DNA of 64,000 nt from Amoebophrya sp. A120 (taxonomy: Eukaryota; Protista; Dinoflagellata), in contig CAJINV010000005.1 in assembly GCA_905178155.1 (NCBI GenBank), positions 6,936,580-7,000,579 on the forward strand, read 5' to 3'. The position numbers and the translations under genes were made by a program. Each line of letters starts with the position of its first letter. The first letter of the stretch is position 1. This document shows positions 35,724 to 48,274 of this stretch, piece after piece. The notes beneath the pieces are model-generated. The model was not told the origin of the DNA. It saw only the letters and a program-made list of their open reading frames with translations, and did not search any database.

Positions 35724-36422
35724 ATGCCCGGAGGGCATCTTCCGCCCCGGGCAGCAGGCGACCCACCGACAACGCAAAGTAGTAATGCCAATTATGACCA
35801 TGCAGCTGATTATGGTGCTGCAACCAACAACTGGATCCCACCGCATGCCGGTACTAACCAAGCGCAACAAGAAGCAGATCATGACACGACGCCGACCAGA
35901 TCCGCTGCAACATCTCTCTCGCAACAACTTTTCGCCCTCAACCGACGACTCCGGAACTTTTTTCACACCATACTCCGCCTGTACGGGATTTTGTGCCTCC
36001 ACGTAGCGTTTCTGGTCTCCATGCGGACGAGCTACGAATTTTTGGTGAAGATGGAATACGGAGCGGAATTCTTTTATGGAAGTGTCAGAATCGAAATCGA
36101 CAAAGTCGAAAAATTTGTGATGCACAAAATCGATGCCAGTTGGAGCCTCAGTTTCTAAGTGGCGCGTGACAACTTTCGGGACCACCAAAATCCAGTCTGT
36201 CATGCTGTTTGGACAAAGCAGGCTGCTCCTGTCATGCTACTCTGGCAACATATTACATTTTACATACCCCTAAACAGGCTTCCAATCGGTCTCATTTGCC
36301 TGCTCCCCAATACAGGCGTCGCGTGCCCTACATTTTATGCATCACAAATTGTTTGATTTTGTCGATTTCGATCCTGACACCCCCATATCTTTTTTGTCGA
36401 TTTTTTGTACCTGGCAATGTAG
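35724..36422 (+). CDS. Small hypothetical protein (~126 aa) with a hydrophobic C-terminal part, or an upstream ORF of the BEACH gene
   Basis: ATG at 35724. Removing introner 36075-36387 gives ..AEFFFVDFLYLAM* (TAG 36420-36422). No recognisable domain. Confidence 0.4.
36075..36387. mobile_element. Introner family C
   Basis: TSD TCTTT/TCTTT. Confidence 0.85.
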
Positions 36423-36540
36423 ATGATGATAGATCATGAGCCAGTTGCTTTAGGTGTCAGGGAATAAAGACTCTAGCCGCGCGGCTTCTCCACGACGTGC
36501 ACCACGTGCAGGCTTCGCGAAGACCCCCTTCTAATCGAAA

Positions 36541-39500
36541 ATGCTGGTGGGAATCTCGCGGAGTTTAGCCAAGGAAAAAACTGTGTTAGTGTAAACTTTC
36601 TTTGGCTGACAGCATCACAAATCTGCTCTACATGACAGAGACAATTTCTCATGCGTCGTGGCTTGTAAAGGAGCACACACTTGAGCAAAGAACTTCATGG
36701 CTGTCTGGCATGACAGGCGAAACTCTGTTGCCTGTTGTGCATTACAGAGTTACACTTACACAGTTTTTTTCTTGCATAGAGTTTCAACCCGCTTGTGCTC
36801 GCCGAGGGCGAGCAGTACCTGGCGGATTATTCCGTTTCGCTATGCAATGCAAAAGCACCGCCATCGTACGTAGATGTATGAATTACATTACAAATTGGGT
36901 CAGCATGACAAATGCAATTTGTAATGCTACTTCCGGTTACGCAAGACAGAGATTTGTCATGCGTGTCTGCGACCACTGAACGAGTGCGATAGTACTTTTG
37001 CACAGGATATTCGTGGCGGGTCAACAACTCGACGACGAGCACGAATGGAAGGTTGAGAATAGCGAGTATGAGCATCATTTTAGACCCGGATGACTGCGCG
37101 TTGGATTTAATCCGGATTCAGTTCAAACACTTTTTGCACGACGGGAACGCGGTTGCAGCGAAGAAGGACGAGAAGATAAGCAATAACCTCGGGGGAGTTG
37201 CACCTCCGCCGGGTAGCAGTGCGTCCGCCATGTTCAACAGCAGCAATCCGAACAACCTCCAAAGCCGCTTGCTGAACGTGAAAGCCAACCAGTGGTCACT
37301 CATCCGCACGCATCAGTGGCAGCAGGAAACCAGGATAACAACTCCGTTTAAGACGGAGCAATATCCTCTGCAAAAGTATCGTACTCGTATTGCAATCATG
37401 CATTACAAATCGTTTCCTCTATGTAAATTCGCATTACAAATTCCACTTCTCATGCTGAGGAAATTTGTAATGCATTTATACGAGTACTGCGATACTTTTG
37501 CAGTTCATAAGCAAAGCGCTCCTACAAGTACACACTACGCCATCCATTTACGGTACGGTGACTTGAATCAGCTGAGAGAGGTTTTTGAGGAGCTGAAGGA
37601 GCTTAACGGGAATGGGAGTGGTGGTGACAGCAGGAACAATGCTGCGGCAACGTCCGGCTTCACCCTGAGCAAACAAGCGCAGTCGAATCGCGACCGGGCT
37701 TTGGAGTCGTTGGTTTTGAAATTACAATCGACATCTTCAAGTTCCTCTTCCTCCTCGTCGGCGCAAGGAAATCAAAATGCAAACCAGGCCGGCGGACGTC
37801 AACAACCTCCCCAGCAGCAACTGACCGTCGCGTTCGACCTGTCCCGCCTGCAGTCGCACCGGGAAAGGCAAAATTTGCAGCTGCGGGAGTTTTTACCGCA
37901 AGACGATCCGAGAGTGAAGCAAGGAATTTTTTGCTTCCTGATAAAGCCCATGGTGAAACACCGAGGATTGTTGCAGTTAACGGACCAAGCGCTGTATTTC
38001 CAACCAGTGCCGAACTTTTTGGACGACTCGCCTGTGATTCGTATTTCCCTTGCGGAAATCCTACACTTTTTCCCGCGGGTTTGCAAGTTGAAAGACTGCG
38101 GGCTTGAGATTGTCTGCGAGAAAAAGGCGAGAAACTTGTTTTTGATGTTCGAATTTCAGAAGTTGCGAAACGCAGTATTGCAGTTGTTGGAGAAGCTGCT
38201 GGTAGGGCGGAGCAGTGGGGCAAGTGGTGCAGAAAACGGAACGCAAAGTAGTAGACCAAGCAGCAATAGTACATCCCGGATCATGATAAACCCCTCTTCC
38301 AATCTGAAGCAAATGCTGCAGCACATGCTTTCGCTCTGGCAGAGCGGGAAGTTGTCGAATTACCACTACTTGGATTTCTTGAACTGTGCTGCCGGGAGGT
38401 CGGTCAACGACCTGTCGCAATTATGCAGGAAAACAACTGTGTAAGTGCAAATCTGTGATGCAGAAAGTGCAAAACTGTCACACTTGTCATGCTGGATGTG
38501 CGTCATAGGCTACTTCCATACGTGTTTCCACGTACTAGCTGCGCATGACAGGTTTTTCCTGTAATGCAAAGCGAATTTGTGATGCTGCTCTTCCTACAAA
38601 GACAAAGTTTCACTTACACAGTTTTTCTCCTGGATAGCAATATCCGATCTTCCCGTGGGTCCTAACCGATTACCAGTCGCTGCAGATAGATTTGACGGAT
38701 CGGAAAAATTTCCGGGATCTGTCGAAGCCGTTAGGTGCGATGAATCCGAGCCGGTTGAGGCAATTTCGAGAACGGATGCGCGAAATGCCAGCGGGACAAA
38801 AGTTTTTGTACGGTATAAGAAGGATCTTGTTTCATCTTCTCATGCTGTTTCACCTCCGATGTGGCAGTTTGTTTGGCATGCATAGACTGCATAATCATCA
38901 CCGCCTTCAGCAAAAAAACAGGACAAACAAACACAAATTGTCACAGGCACCCACTACTCCACGCCCGCTTACGTTCTCTACTTCCTCGTCAGGGAACTGC
39001 CAGAGTGCATGCTCAGGCTTCACTCCGGCTCCTTTGACTCCTGGAACCGGTTATTTCACTCCATGGAAACCACTTACCGGGCGACGCAAGACGGCTCCGC
39101 GGTTTTGATGGAATTACTACCGGAGTTTTTTGTTCTGCCAACGAGCAATAAAGACGCCCAAACAACTTTTCTGGAAAACTACCTCAATATTTCCACCCAA
39201 GAGGGGGACTTGCGCAACGTTTCCCTGCCACCCTGGAGCAACGGCAAACCGGAGTTGTTTCTTTCAATACAGCGGGCGGCGTTAGAGTCCGCGATTGTCA
39301 CGGAAATGCTGCCGAAGTGGATTGATCTGATTTTCGGCTGGAAAAGCCGGGGAGAAAACGCCGACAACGCGGACAATCTTTTTCACCCAGTTTGCTACTT
39401 GGGCCCGAAATCGAGTGGATTAGCTGGATCATCATCCACTGGTAGTGGAAGTACAACTAGCGGCAGCCGAAACAACAAACAGGCGCAAAATCCGGAAATG

Positions 39501-42500
39501 AATAACCAGCAGCAAAACCTCACAAACAGAGCGACGGGCATGGTCTCTGGTGCGATTGGCGGCTCCTTTTCCCAAATGCTCGGCGGCATGAGCGGTATGA
39601 GGAACGCGTTTACGCATTGCAAACATGTCAGGGTCTGCATGGATTCGAATTTGTGATGCGACTTCTACATCATGACAAAATCTGTCATGCAGGGTCAGCA
39701 AAAGGACCCATTTCCTGTTACAGAAAGGGGGCATTTTATTCTTATGCGGATTAGGCATTGGGATTATACCTGCTCGGACTCTCTGATGCTAGAGCTTGCA
39801 TGCCAGATGATCTGGGCTAGGCAAACGCCGCATCACAAATGTCTGCACTCTTCCAGACCCAGACACATTTGCACTTGATAGCGTTGTTGGGAAACACTTT
39901 CTTTGACATGGACGACGATGTTGAACACGAGAAAAACAAGCAAAAACCGAATAGGAACAGCAGCACGAATGAGCAGGATGCCTTCGGCGGGACGATAGAC
40001 CAGCAGGACAAAGCGGTTTTGGAGATCCAAATTGAGGAATTCGGCCGCGTATGCATTGCAAAAGCATCGTAAACTTCTAGTATGAATGGCATTACAAATT
40101 TGCAGCTCAGTAACAAAAATGTTGCAATTTGTCATGCTAATTCAGGTAGAAAATTGTATTGGATTTGTAATGCATGCCTGGTGCAATCGAGTATTTGCGA
40201 TGCTGTTGCATTGCATACCGGGTCCCGTTTCAGCTCTTCTCCGAGCCGCACCCACCAAAGATGGTCACGCAACAGAATTCGGACGGGAAGAATCTGTGGA
40301 CTGTGGAAAGGTTGAAGCAGGACTGGATACAGAATGAGCCGTGGTACGTAGCGCTAGCCGCGATTGGGAAAGAGGGAGAATTCCTTCATCGCGGGGGTCC
40401 AGCAACCGCATCAGCAGGACTACAGCTTCCGTCTGGAGGTGCGCCACGGAATGATGCTGGTAACACCAGAATTATTTCAAACGATGTTGACCCCTTCGCC
40501 CCGAACGGGGGGAATAGAAACAGGCAGGACGAGGATTTTTTTGGTACTACAACTGGGACGACAAATAAAACAGTGAACAATCAAGACTACTCTTCTCGCA
40601 GCACTGCCTCCACCGCAGGTAGGAAAGGATCACTTGAAAAGAACCAGAAAGGCGGAAGTTCTGCAACCGAGCCGACCATTGTGAATTTCTTGCCGAAAAA
40701 GCGGACAGGATCCACAGGTGAAAACAACCTTGATCCCCCCCACCAGCCACAGTTGCAAAATCCGTACGCGAAAACCGCCACGCCGAAAAGCAGCAATACG
40801 ACTGCAGCCAGTATATCAAATGTAAAAGTGTCTGTGTCTGGGAACTTGTGATGCTGGGTGGCGTCTCATGATGAGGCTACAAATGCTGGCTCAGCATGAC
40901 AAGTTTCTGAGCTCCTAGGTGTTGCCTATTCTGCATGACAAACTGCGCTCATGCAACACAGAAAAACGGAGCTTTTGGGTAACGTGCATGACAGATTTAA
41001 GAGTCATGCCAGACAAGCATGACAAACATGAATTCTTCCAGACCCAGACATTTTTACAGTTGATACAGTATGGTGAACGTCAGTTTCAGCGCACCGGAGC
41101 CGGATTTCTTGAAATCGAACATCAAGCCGAATGACGATTTCTTTGACAACTCATCTTCTTCGACGAAGATAGATTTCAACGTTGGTGGCGCTACTGGGCC
41201 TAGCGCAGCTTCTACCACAATAAATCGCAATAAAGCAGCCAACAATTTTTACAACAATAATCCGCAAAATAATAAGCTTCCGGAGTTCAGCTCCTGGCGG
41301 TTACAGGAGGTTATCGCAAATGACCCAGACGGGAAGTTAAATACGCTGAAGGGGGAGATCAACCAAATGCAACACACCAGAGACAAGATTTTTGCGGTTT
41401 GCGAGGACGGGTGTTTACGGACATTGTGCAGAAGAACGGGCGTGCAGAGGGCGTTTCACTTGTTATGACAGTGCACAAGAACAACTACTCCCCCTCCCCC
41501 TCGTTTGTCATGCAAAATGCCTAATCCATATCCACTCTTTCCCTCTTCAGTCTGTTTGCATGACAAGTTTATTCCGAAGGAGCCCAAACTACACTAAATG
41601 TCCGTTCTTGGATTTATCATGCGGAAGCCACATGTCTGCCGATGCTGGTATAGCGGTTCATGCAACACAAATGAGGGGGACGAGGAGAAGTTGTGGACTG
41701 TCATGCTTGTCGAACGTGCCACTGAAATGCCTCGCGGTGGTGGATCTGGGAACTGTGTTTGCAGAATTTTCGCACCTCCAAGCAGCCTCGGCTAGCAGTG
41801 TCGCAAATGGAGCTCCTGCATCTAATGGTGGCGCGGCATCAACCACGATGTTGACAAGTAGACCTGAAGTCGATCTGTCCCCGCTTTCCGCCCAGAACCA
41901 ACAGTCTACGATCATCGTGGTCGGGGGTTGTGACAACGCCATTTCCTTATTTGATCTACGAACGGGGGTCGTCGTTGATCGGCTCTTTACCGCACACGCT
42001 GACACGGTGACCTGTATGGCGCACTGCGTGGAGCAGAATCTAGAAGCGAAAAAAATCTGCTTGAAAATCATCACCGGATCCCTGGACCAGACCGTCGCGG
42101 TCACGGAGGTGTTGCTCAGTAACACAAGTAACGGGATGTTGAATCCCGGAGCGGTAAATCCAAATACAGTAAACGTGAAGGGAATTGGGCTGCAACTTTT
42201 GTCCACTTTTGACGAACCGGATGAGCCTGTCTCCGCCGTCCACACAGTGATAGCAGGCACGAGCAACTTCATTGCGTGCGGGACGGAAACGGGAAAAGTT
42301 TGTTTGTTCACGACGGATTCCACCGGGGTGTTCGGCGCTGCGGCGGGAATTTCGAAGAATGAGATGTACTTTGAGCGGCAGTTGGAGTACAATCAGGAAA
42401 TCATTCATGTGGAAATCACAGTGAAAGGAAAATTGCAACAGATGAACACCAACAACTCGCTAATCCTAACTGCCTTGGATAAAGACGGGAATTTGAGGCA

Positions 42501-43035
42501 GTACGATATTTCCGAAGAAAATCAAACAGAATTACTACGACGGCACTTAATATCGACTTCGCCGGATGCGGGGAGCGGCGGGTATGGCATAGACCACCAG
42601 CAGCCGCCGGGGATGATGATGTTAGGAGGTGGGAATAACTCGAAGTGTGTCTCCATGTTGGCGATAACAACCACAACAAGAATGACATCGTCAACTAACA
42701 GCGGACCACCTGGACGTGGTCCTGGTCCCTCCAGCATGACCACAAGCACAAACAGCCCGATGCTGCTGGTAATCAGCTACGGTGATGGGTCTGTGCAGCT
42801 CTATGATGTCGCGGAAAACGCGGTGAGGAAAGTGTGGAGCTGCGGAGACGGGAAGGCGGCAAGACTGAGTAGTGCGATCAGGGCGAACTGTGATTCTTAT
42901 GCGGGGGTAATGATGGTGGATGGAAGTTGTAGCACAGGTTTGTCTTGTGCAGGAGGGATGGGTGCAGCAGCAACCTCGTTGGAAGATTTTGTCTTCTGCA
43001 CGGAGGACGGGTCGCTGTTTCTGGTGGGGTACTGA
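36541..43035 (+). CDS. FAN/NSMAF-like BEACH-domain protein (GRAM/PH-BEACH-WD40, ~1,550 aa)
   Basis: N-terminal [26 protein letters not shown]; BEACH motifs [65 protein letters not shown]; WD40-like C-terminus. Eight introners and one GT-AG intron (38813-38946). Confidence 0.9.
36566..36778. mobile_element. Introner family G2 (TIR core AAAAAACTGTGT)
   Basis: TAG..ATA; TSD GAGTT/GAGTT. Confidence 0.8.
36841..37009. mobile_element. Introner family A (diverged)
   Basis: TSD TTCGC/TTCGT. Confidence 0.8.
37362..37509. mobile_element. Introner family A (in-frame, stop-free)
   Basis: TSD AGCAA/AGCAA; ORF 37053..38444 reads through it. Confidence 0.85.
38422..38636. mobile_element. Introner family G2
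   Basis: TSD GCAAT/GCAAT; removal restores DLSQYPIFPW. Confidence 0.9.
39611..39880. mobile_element. Introner family E
   Basis: TAC..ATA; TSD GCGTT/GCGTT. Confidence 0.8.
40050..40217. mobile_element. Introner family A (diverged)
   Basis: TSD CCGCG/CCGGG; removal restores FGRVPFQLF. Confidence 0.85.
40814..41065. mobile_element. Introner family E
   Basis: TSD CAGTA/CAGTA. Confidence 0.85.
41464..41705. mobile_element. Introner family D
   Basis: TAT..ATG; TSD CTTGT/CTTGT. Confidence 0.8.
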
Positions 43036-43933
43036 GGATTTTGATCTTCTTTACGATTTCTGCCTACGTAGCTAGAAGTACTTCTATCACCAATGAGCGG
43101 CTTCTTTTTCCCGAATAGGAACCAGCAATGTGATGTCCACATCTACTCCTAACTCCCATCATCCACTCATGATAGCATTGCATGGAAGAATAAGAGCCGA
43201 AACTTCTTCGAAATTGTTGAAAAGTAGCGACACCCACACCCTCACCCAAAAAATCATGTTTCCCTTTACATAGATTCCGAGAATTTTTTCTCCCACCGAG
43301 GACATCATCAACCTCTAGTAATGCAGCGCTGCTTGCACCTGCTAACAAGCAGACAGAGTTACTGCCGCATTGGCTACAACGTGAACGAGCTCCAAAGATC
43401 TCCATGTAGTATGTTCCCGCGCCGCCTGACCACGACATGATTCGATACTGATCCACATTTTTGTCCACACAAGCAGAGACATTGATACGCAAGAGGCTGA
43501 TCCTTTTTTTTTTTGCTCTCGCGTAGAGCTAGAGATCAGCAAGCGCAATCGAAAGTAACAAAGCTCTAGAAGAAAAAATACTAGACAGTGGGTCCTTACG
43601 ATAATTATACCCGGTGTCGTTTTTCGCAATCCCAGCTGCAAGAAGAAGTCAATGTAGGCTCGATGTTTTTACTGCGTTTCATCTCTAACAGCGACAAGCC
43701 CTGCCTCGTGCGGGTGGTTTCACTCATACTTGAAACATGTGTTTCTGTTTCAGATTTTTGTAGAGTAAGAACCACGACACAGCAAGTAGAAGTAGGACTA
43801 GAACTACACCAGCAACAGAAGTACATCAAGCAACGTCACGACGAGGACCCATGATAAGAGTTTAGCGACCCTCCACCTTATATCACAGATTTAGTATTAC
43901 CGCCGGGCTGACCTCCGCAAAATAAACGTGACG

Positions 43934-46900
43934 ATGCTGATACAAACTCCAACCGGGAAGCCGATGAAGCTGAAGGCTTACATCAGGCCACTCCTGGAGT
44001 ACGTTCCGGAAATACAAGCGCCGGAGAACAAACTCCCTTTCTACACAAGAGCCAGCTACACGATAGGATCGCTGTTGGCGTTTTTAGTGGCATCACAGTA
44101 CTTGTTAAATAATAGCTCCCTGTTTATGTTGTTCCTCTTCGCTGCAGTTGCATTTCTCATACAGCTGCTTTGGCACAAAGTTGTTTTGATTTGTCGACGC
44201 ATAATTGATGTTGACGGCGTGGTGCACATGTGTGTCCACCCCACTATACATGAAGCATGAACATCAAACGATATTTTCACGAAAAATAACAGGATTCCTC
44301 TCTACGGTCTCGCAGCCGGCGGCGCGGGAAAGAATGACCCGTTTTACTGGCTCCGAGCCATTCTCGCGTCGAATAGGGGGACTTTGATGGAGCTCGGAAT
44401 CGCGCCCATCGTGACGATATGAAATGCAAAAGCATCGTACTAGTATGAACTGCAATACAAGTTGTCTCAGCATGGGAAATAGAATTTGTAATGCTGATTG
44501 ACCTTAGAAAAAAGATTTGCAATGCATAACTGCAGTGACACTTTTGCATTTCATATACGACAAGCATGATACTGCAGTTTCTCGCCGGGTCGAAAATTAT
44601 CGAACTTGACCAGAATAACCGGGAGGACAGGATTATCTACGCCGCCGTGCAGAAGCTCGCCGGTTTGGCGTTCACCGCGATACAGGCCTTTATGTACGTG
44701 ACCAGCGGAATGTACGGAGCGCCATCAGTATCCACAGTAAATTTCCCGTACGCGTACAAATGCAGTCTCTGCATGAGAAAACTGGGCTTCGATCCTAGTT
44801 TAGCATGACGAATTGGTGCAATTTGTGATGCATCTTGTACATGTACGGGCAAAATTTGTATTGCATAATCAGCGTTAGGCGCGTTTAACGGCGGCGCGAT
44901 CGTTTTCCAGCTGACAGTAGCCGGGTTTATCGTGTTAATGTTGGACGAGGTGTTGACCAAAGGGTGGGGAATCGGCTCGGGGATAAGTCTCTTCATCACG
45001 ACATCGATCTGCGAAACCATCGCATGGAAGGCGTTTTCCTTGGCCAGCGTGCAGACACGTATAGTTTATGATTACAGGAGAAGCTGCTTGGGATAATCTG
45101 TTTCAGCCCGATTTTTTCTTCCGTCAAGTTTATCTCTCTTTAGCATGTAAATGTATTTATAGCGTGCTACACGAAGCAGAGAAGCGGTCCGATCGTCTGC
45201 TACGACTTTGTGATGCAAAAATGCATGATGGTTGTTCTATCTTCGGATAAATCACGAAAAACCACCACAACAGCAAACGGAGTGATGTTCGAGGGCGCAA
45301 TCTCCAGCTTCATCCACCAGCTCATCTTCACAAATCACCGGCTTTCCGCCATTCTCGAGGCCTTCTACCGACCATACGGAGCCAACATCACAAATTTAAT
45401 CGCCACAGCAATCACCTTTGCGGTTGTGGTGTATTTTCAGGTACTATAACAAGTGCTCCTGCGAGCAGATGTTGCCCGCAGGCAGAGAATCCGTGCGCAG
45501 ATACATGTTACTATCTTCAGGCAATTTCAATTTGTGAACTCGTGACGAATCCAATAAGAAAAAATAACATTTTGAAACTTCGCGGAAATTGTTCTCTTCC
45601 TGGTAGTGTGTATGCTGACATCAACATGTAGACATCACAAACACTAAATCTTGACTGTCTATCAGGGGTTCCGGGTTGACCTCGCCGTGAAGAGTCAGAG
45701 GGTACGAGGGCAGACTGGAAACTACCCCATCCGCCTCTTCTACACGTCTAACATGCCAATCATTCTGCACTCAGCGCTGGTATAGCTTTTTCTCTTGTAG
45801 TTATGTCTGCATGACAGATTGTGTGACTCATTGGTGGTTTGCATGACAAATAACCGACGAGGACTTTCATCAAATTAATGGGGTGGAAATTAATATACAA
45901 AATCAAAAACCACCAAAACTTGATGTAACAGATCTCCAACGTGTACTTCTTTTCCCAACTCCTCGCCCGACGCTTCCGCAACAATTTCTTCGTGGGGTTG
46001 ATCGGCCAGTGGCAGGAAGTGGAGTATTTGAACGAATCCATCCCGGTCGGAGGCCTGGCCTACTACCTGAGCCCGCCCGGCGGACTACTCGACTTCTGCT
46101 GGAACCCGTTCAGATCAGTGATGTACTGTATCGCAAGAAAAAACTGTTTCACTGTGAACTTGTGATGCAGAAAATGGATCGCAGAAGTGAGTGTCATGCC
46201 ACACATGCAAGACAATGGATTTCTAGCTGTGTTTTTCCTTAGGAACCCCGCATGACAGATTTTCAGTGTGGTCACGCGTAACAAACTTGTGATGCAGATT
46301 TTGCAAAATCACCACAGTGAAACATTTTTTTCGTGCGATATACTGCACACTGGTCATCACCAGCTGCACCGTTTTGAGCAAGCTGTGGATTGACAGTATT
46401 CAATTTTTCGCTTGTCTTTGTATAGAGCCCTTCGTAAAGCAGATGCTGAATTGCATCTTTCTATCAAAAGCAGCTTGATACCCAACGCAGGCGTGGTTTT
46501 TGTCATGCACAAAACGGAAAAGTACGTACAATAAAAGAAAACTAGAAACAAAGTAAACAAAATCCCACAGTTTCCGGCGAAGCCCCCCGAGACGTGGCAC
46601 GAAAGCTTATCCTGTGCAAAAGTATCGTACTCGTATTGCAATCCTGCATTACAAATCTTTTTGTTGAGGTAGATCTGCATTACAAATTTTATTTTTCATG
46701 CTGAGGAAATTTGTAATGCATTTATACGAGTGCGACACTTTATTTGCACTGCATAAAGCTCCGCGAGCAGCAGCTCACCATTGTCGGCTACAGAAGTGAA
46801 TCACTCACCGATGTCTTGAAAAAGTACATCCCGCAGTGCGCGGCATTAGGCGGCGCCATGGTGGCGATCTTGACCATATTCGCGGATTTGGTGGGCTGCC

Positions 46901-47007
46901 TAGGGAGTGGAACTGGGATGCTGTTAGCGGTAAATTTCACCTACACCTATATGGAGCAATTAGCCCGGGAAGGAGGCGGACTGCCGAACATGGGGCTCTT
47001 CGCGTAG
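43934..47007 (+). CDS. SEC61A: Protein transport protein Sec61 subunit alpha
   Basis: [78 protein letters not shown]. Four introners and five GT-AG introns. Confidence 0.95.
44418..44555. mobile_element. Introner family A
   Basis: TSD GACGA/TACGA; removal restores PIVTTSMILQ. Confidence 0.85.
44729..44867. mobile_element. Introner family B
   Basis: TSD ATCAG/ATCAG; similar to 393-572. Confidence 0.85.
46129..46340. mobile_element. Introner family G-like (TIR core GAAAAAA..TGTTTCACTGTG)
   Basis: TSD TACTG/TACTG. Confidence 0.85.
46608..46755. mobile_element. Introner family A
   Basis: TSD AAGCT/AAGCT. Confidence 0.85.
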
Positions 47008-48274
47008 TAGAGTAGAAGTGGCGAGTTGTTGTAAAGACAAGTCCGACCCAGTTGTAAGAAAAAACAATGTCTGAACTATGTGCGCCGCAGAAGCTTTTTG
47101 CTGTCGCGTATCGAAACCCAATGATGTGCTGAGTACTTTGTTGTCTCTCGACGCAACTCCAACTTTTTCAAATGTAACGACAAGGGTAAAAGAATGAAGG
47201 ATCATTCATTTGAATTTTTTTGGTCTTAGATGTAGTTGTGTCAACGTCCCTCCATGTTGACATTGTAAAACGCATGGCACTTAGTCTTCAAGAATCGCGG
47301 TCACAGTTGGCAGCGTAGCAGTATTACCAACCAACCAAGAAAACAACTTACTACTCTCCCTGTTGTAACGTACCGCGCACCTCCTCCTACGATGCGTGAC
47401 TGTGAACTTGATTTCAATAGTTTTTGTGTGTGGCTGCATGGGCCGCGCTCGTCGAGTACTAGGTGCTCCTACTTCAAAATCAAAAATGTAAAAATTTGTT
47501 CTTCATTCGTCTGCGCCGATAAACGAACGAGAGATCATCGGCATCGACCACAAAGGGAGTTGTCGTGATTAAAAAAATACACTGGATCAAAAAAGGTGTT
47601 ATACTCAGTCGGTCTACATGTACACCTTGATCTTGCAACTTGATCATGGAGACGTTGTTCACCTCAATCTCACTTCACGATCACAACAAGCGCAGCGTAA
47701 ATGAAAAGTACAAGTACAACCGTGAAGACCCTCGCTGAGTAAGGCAGGACGAGGATCAGGATCTCTCTTCTGTAACGATGTAGAGGTACAACAATAACAA
47801 AGAAAAACAACTCAGGTCAGCAACGAAAGGTGGATCTCTTGACGTAGTTCCAAATGGCAAACAGTTCCAGGATCTTCAGAAATTGATGAAGTTGAACCGA
47901 TCAAATGCGATGCTTGAAGATGCGCAAGATGAATCTAAGACTACAACGACCTTCATATGATATTCATCTGCACCAAACATTTACAGTGACACTTGTTGCA
48001 CCTGTTTGCCACTGGAGGACAACTTTAATCACATCAAAAGTAAAACTTGAAGCCAAACTGAAAGATACGGCAGTATTCTATACTAGGTAGTCGCATTTAT
48101 TGGAGATCTCTACTGCTACTATTCATTTTCTCTTCGTAAGCGTAACAAGTGAAGGTTGGAAGTACTCTTTTTCAAGGAATTTTTTTTCACTTTTGGAAAG
48201 ACCATCGTCATAACCTGCTGTATATCGAAACTGCATCACAAATTATACCAACTTAATACACATCAAACAATAAA

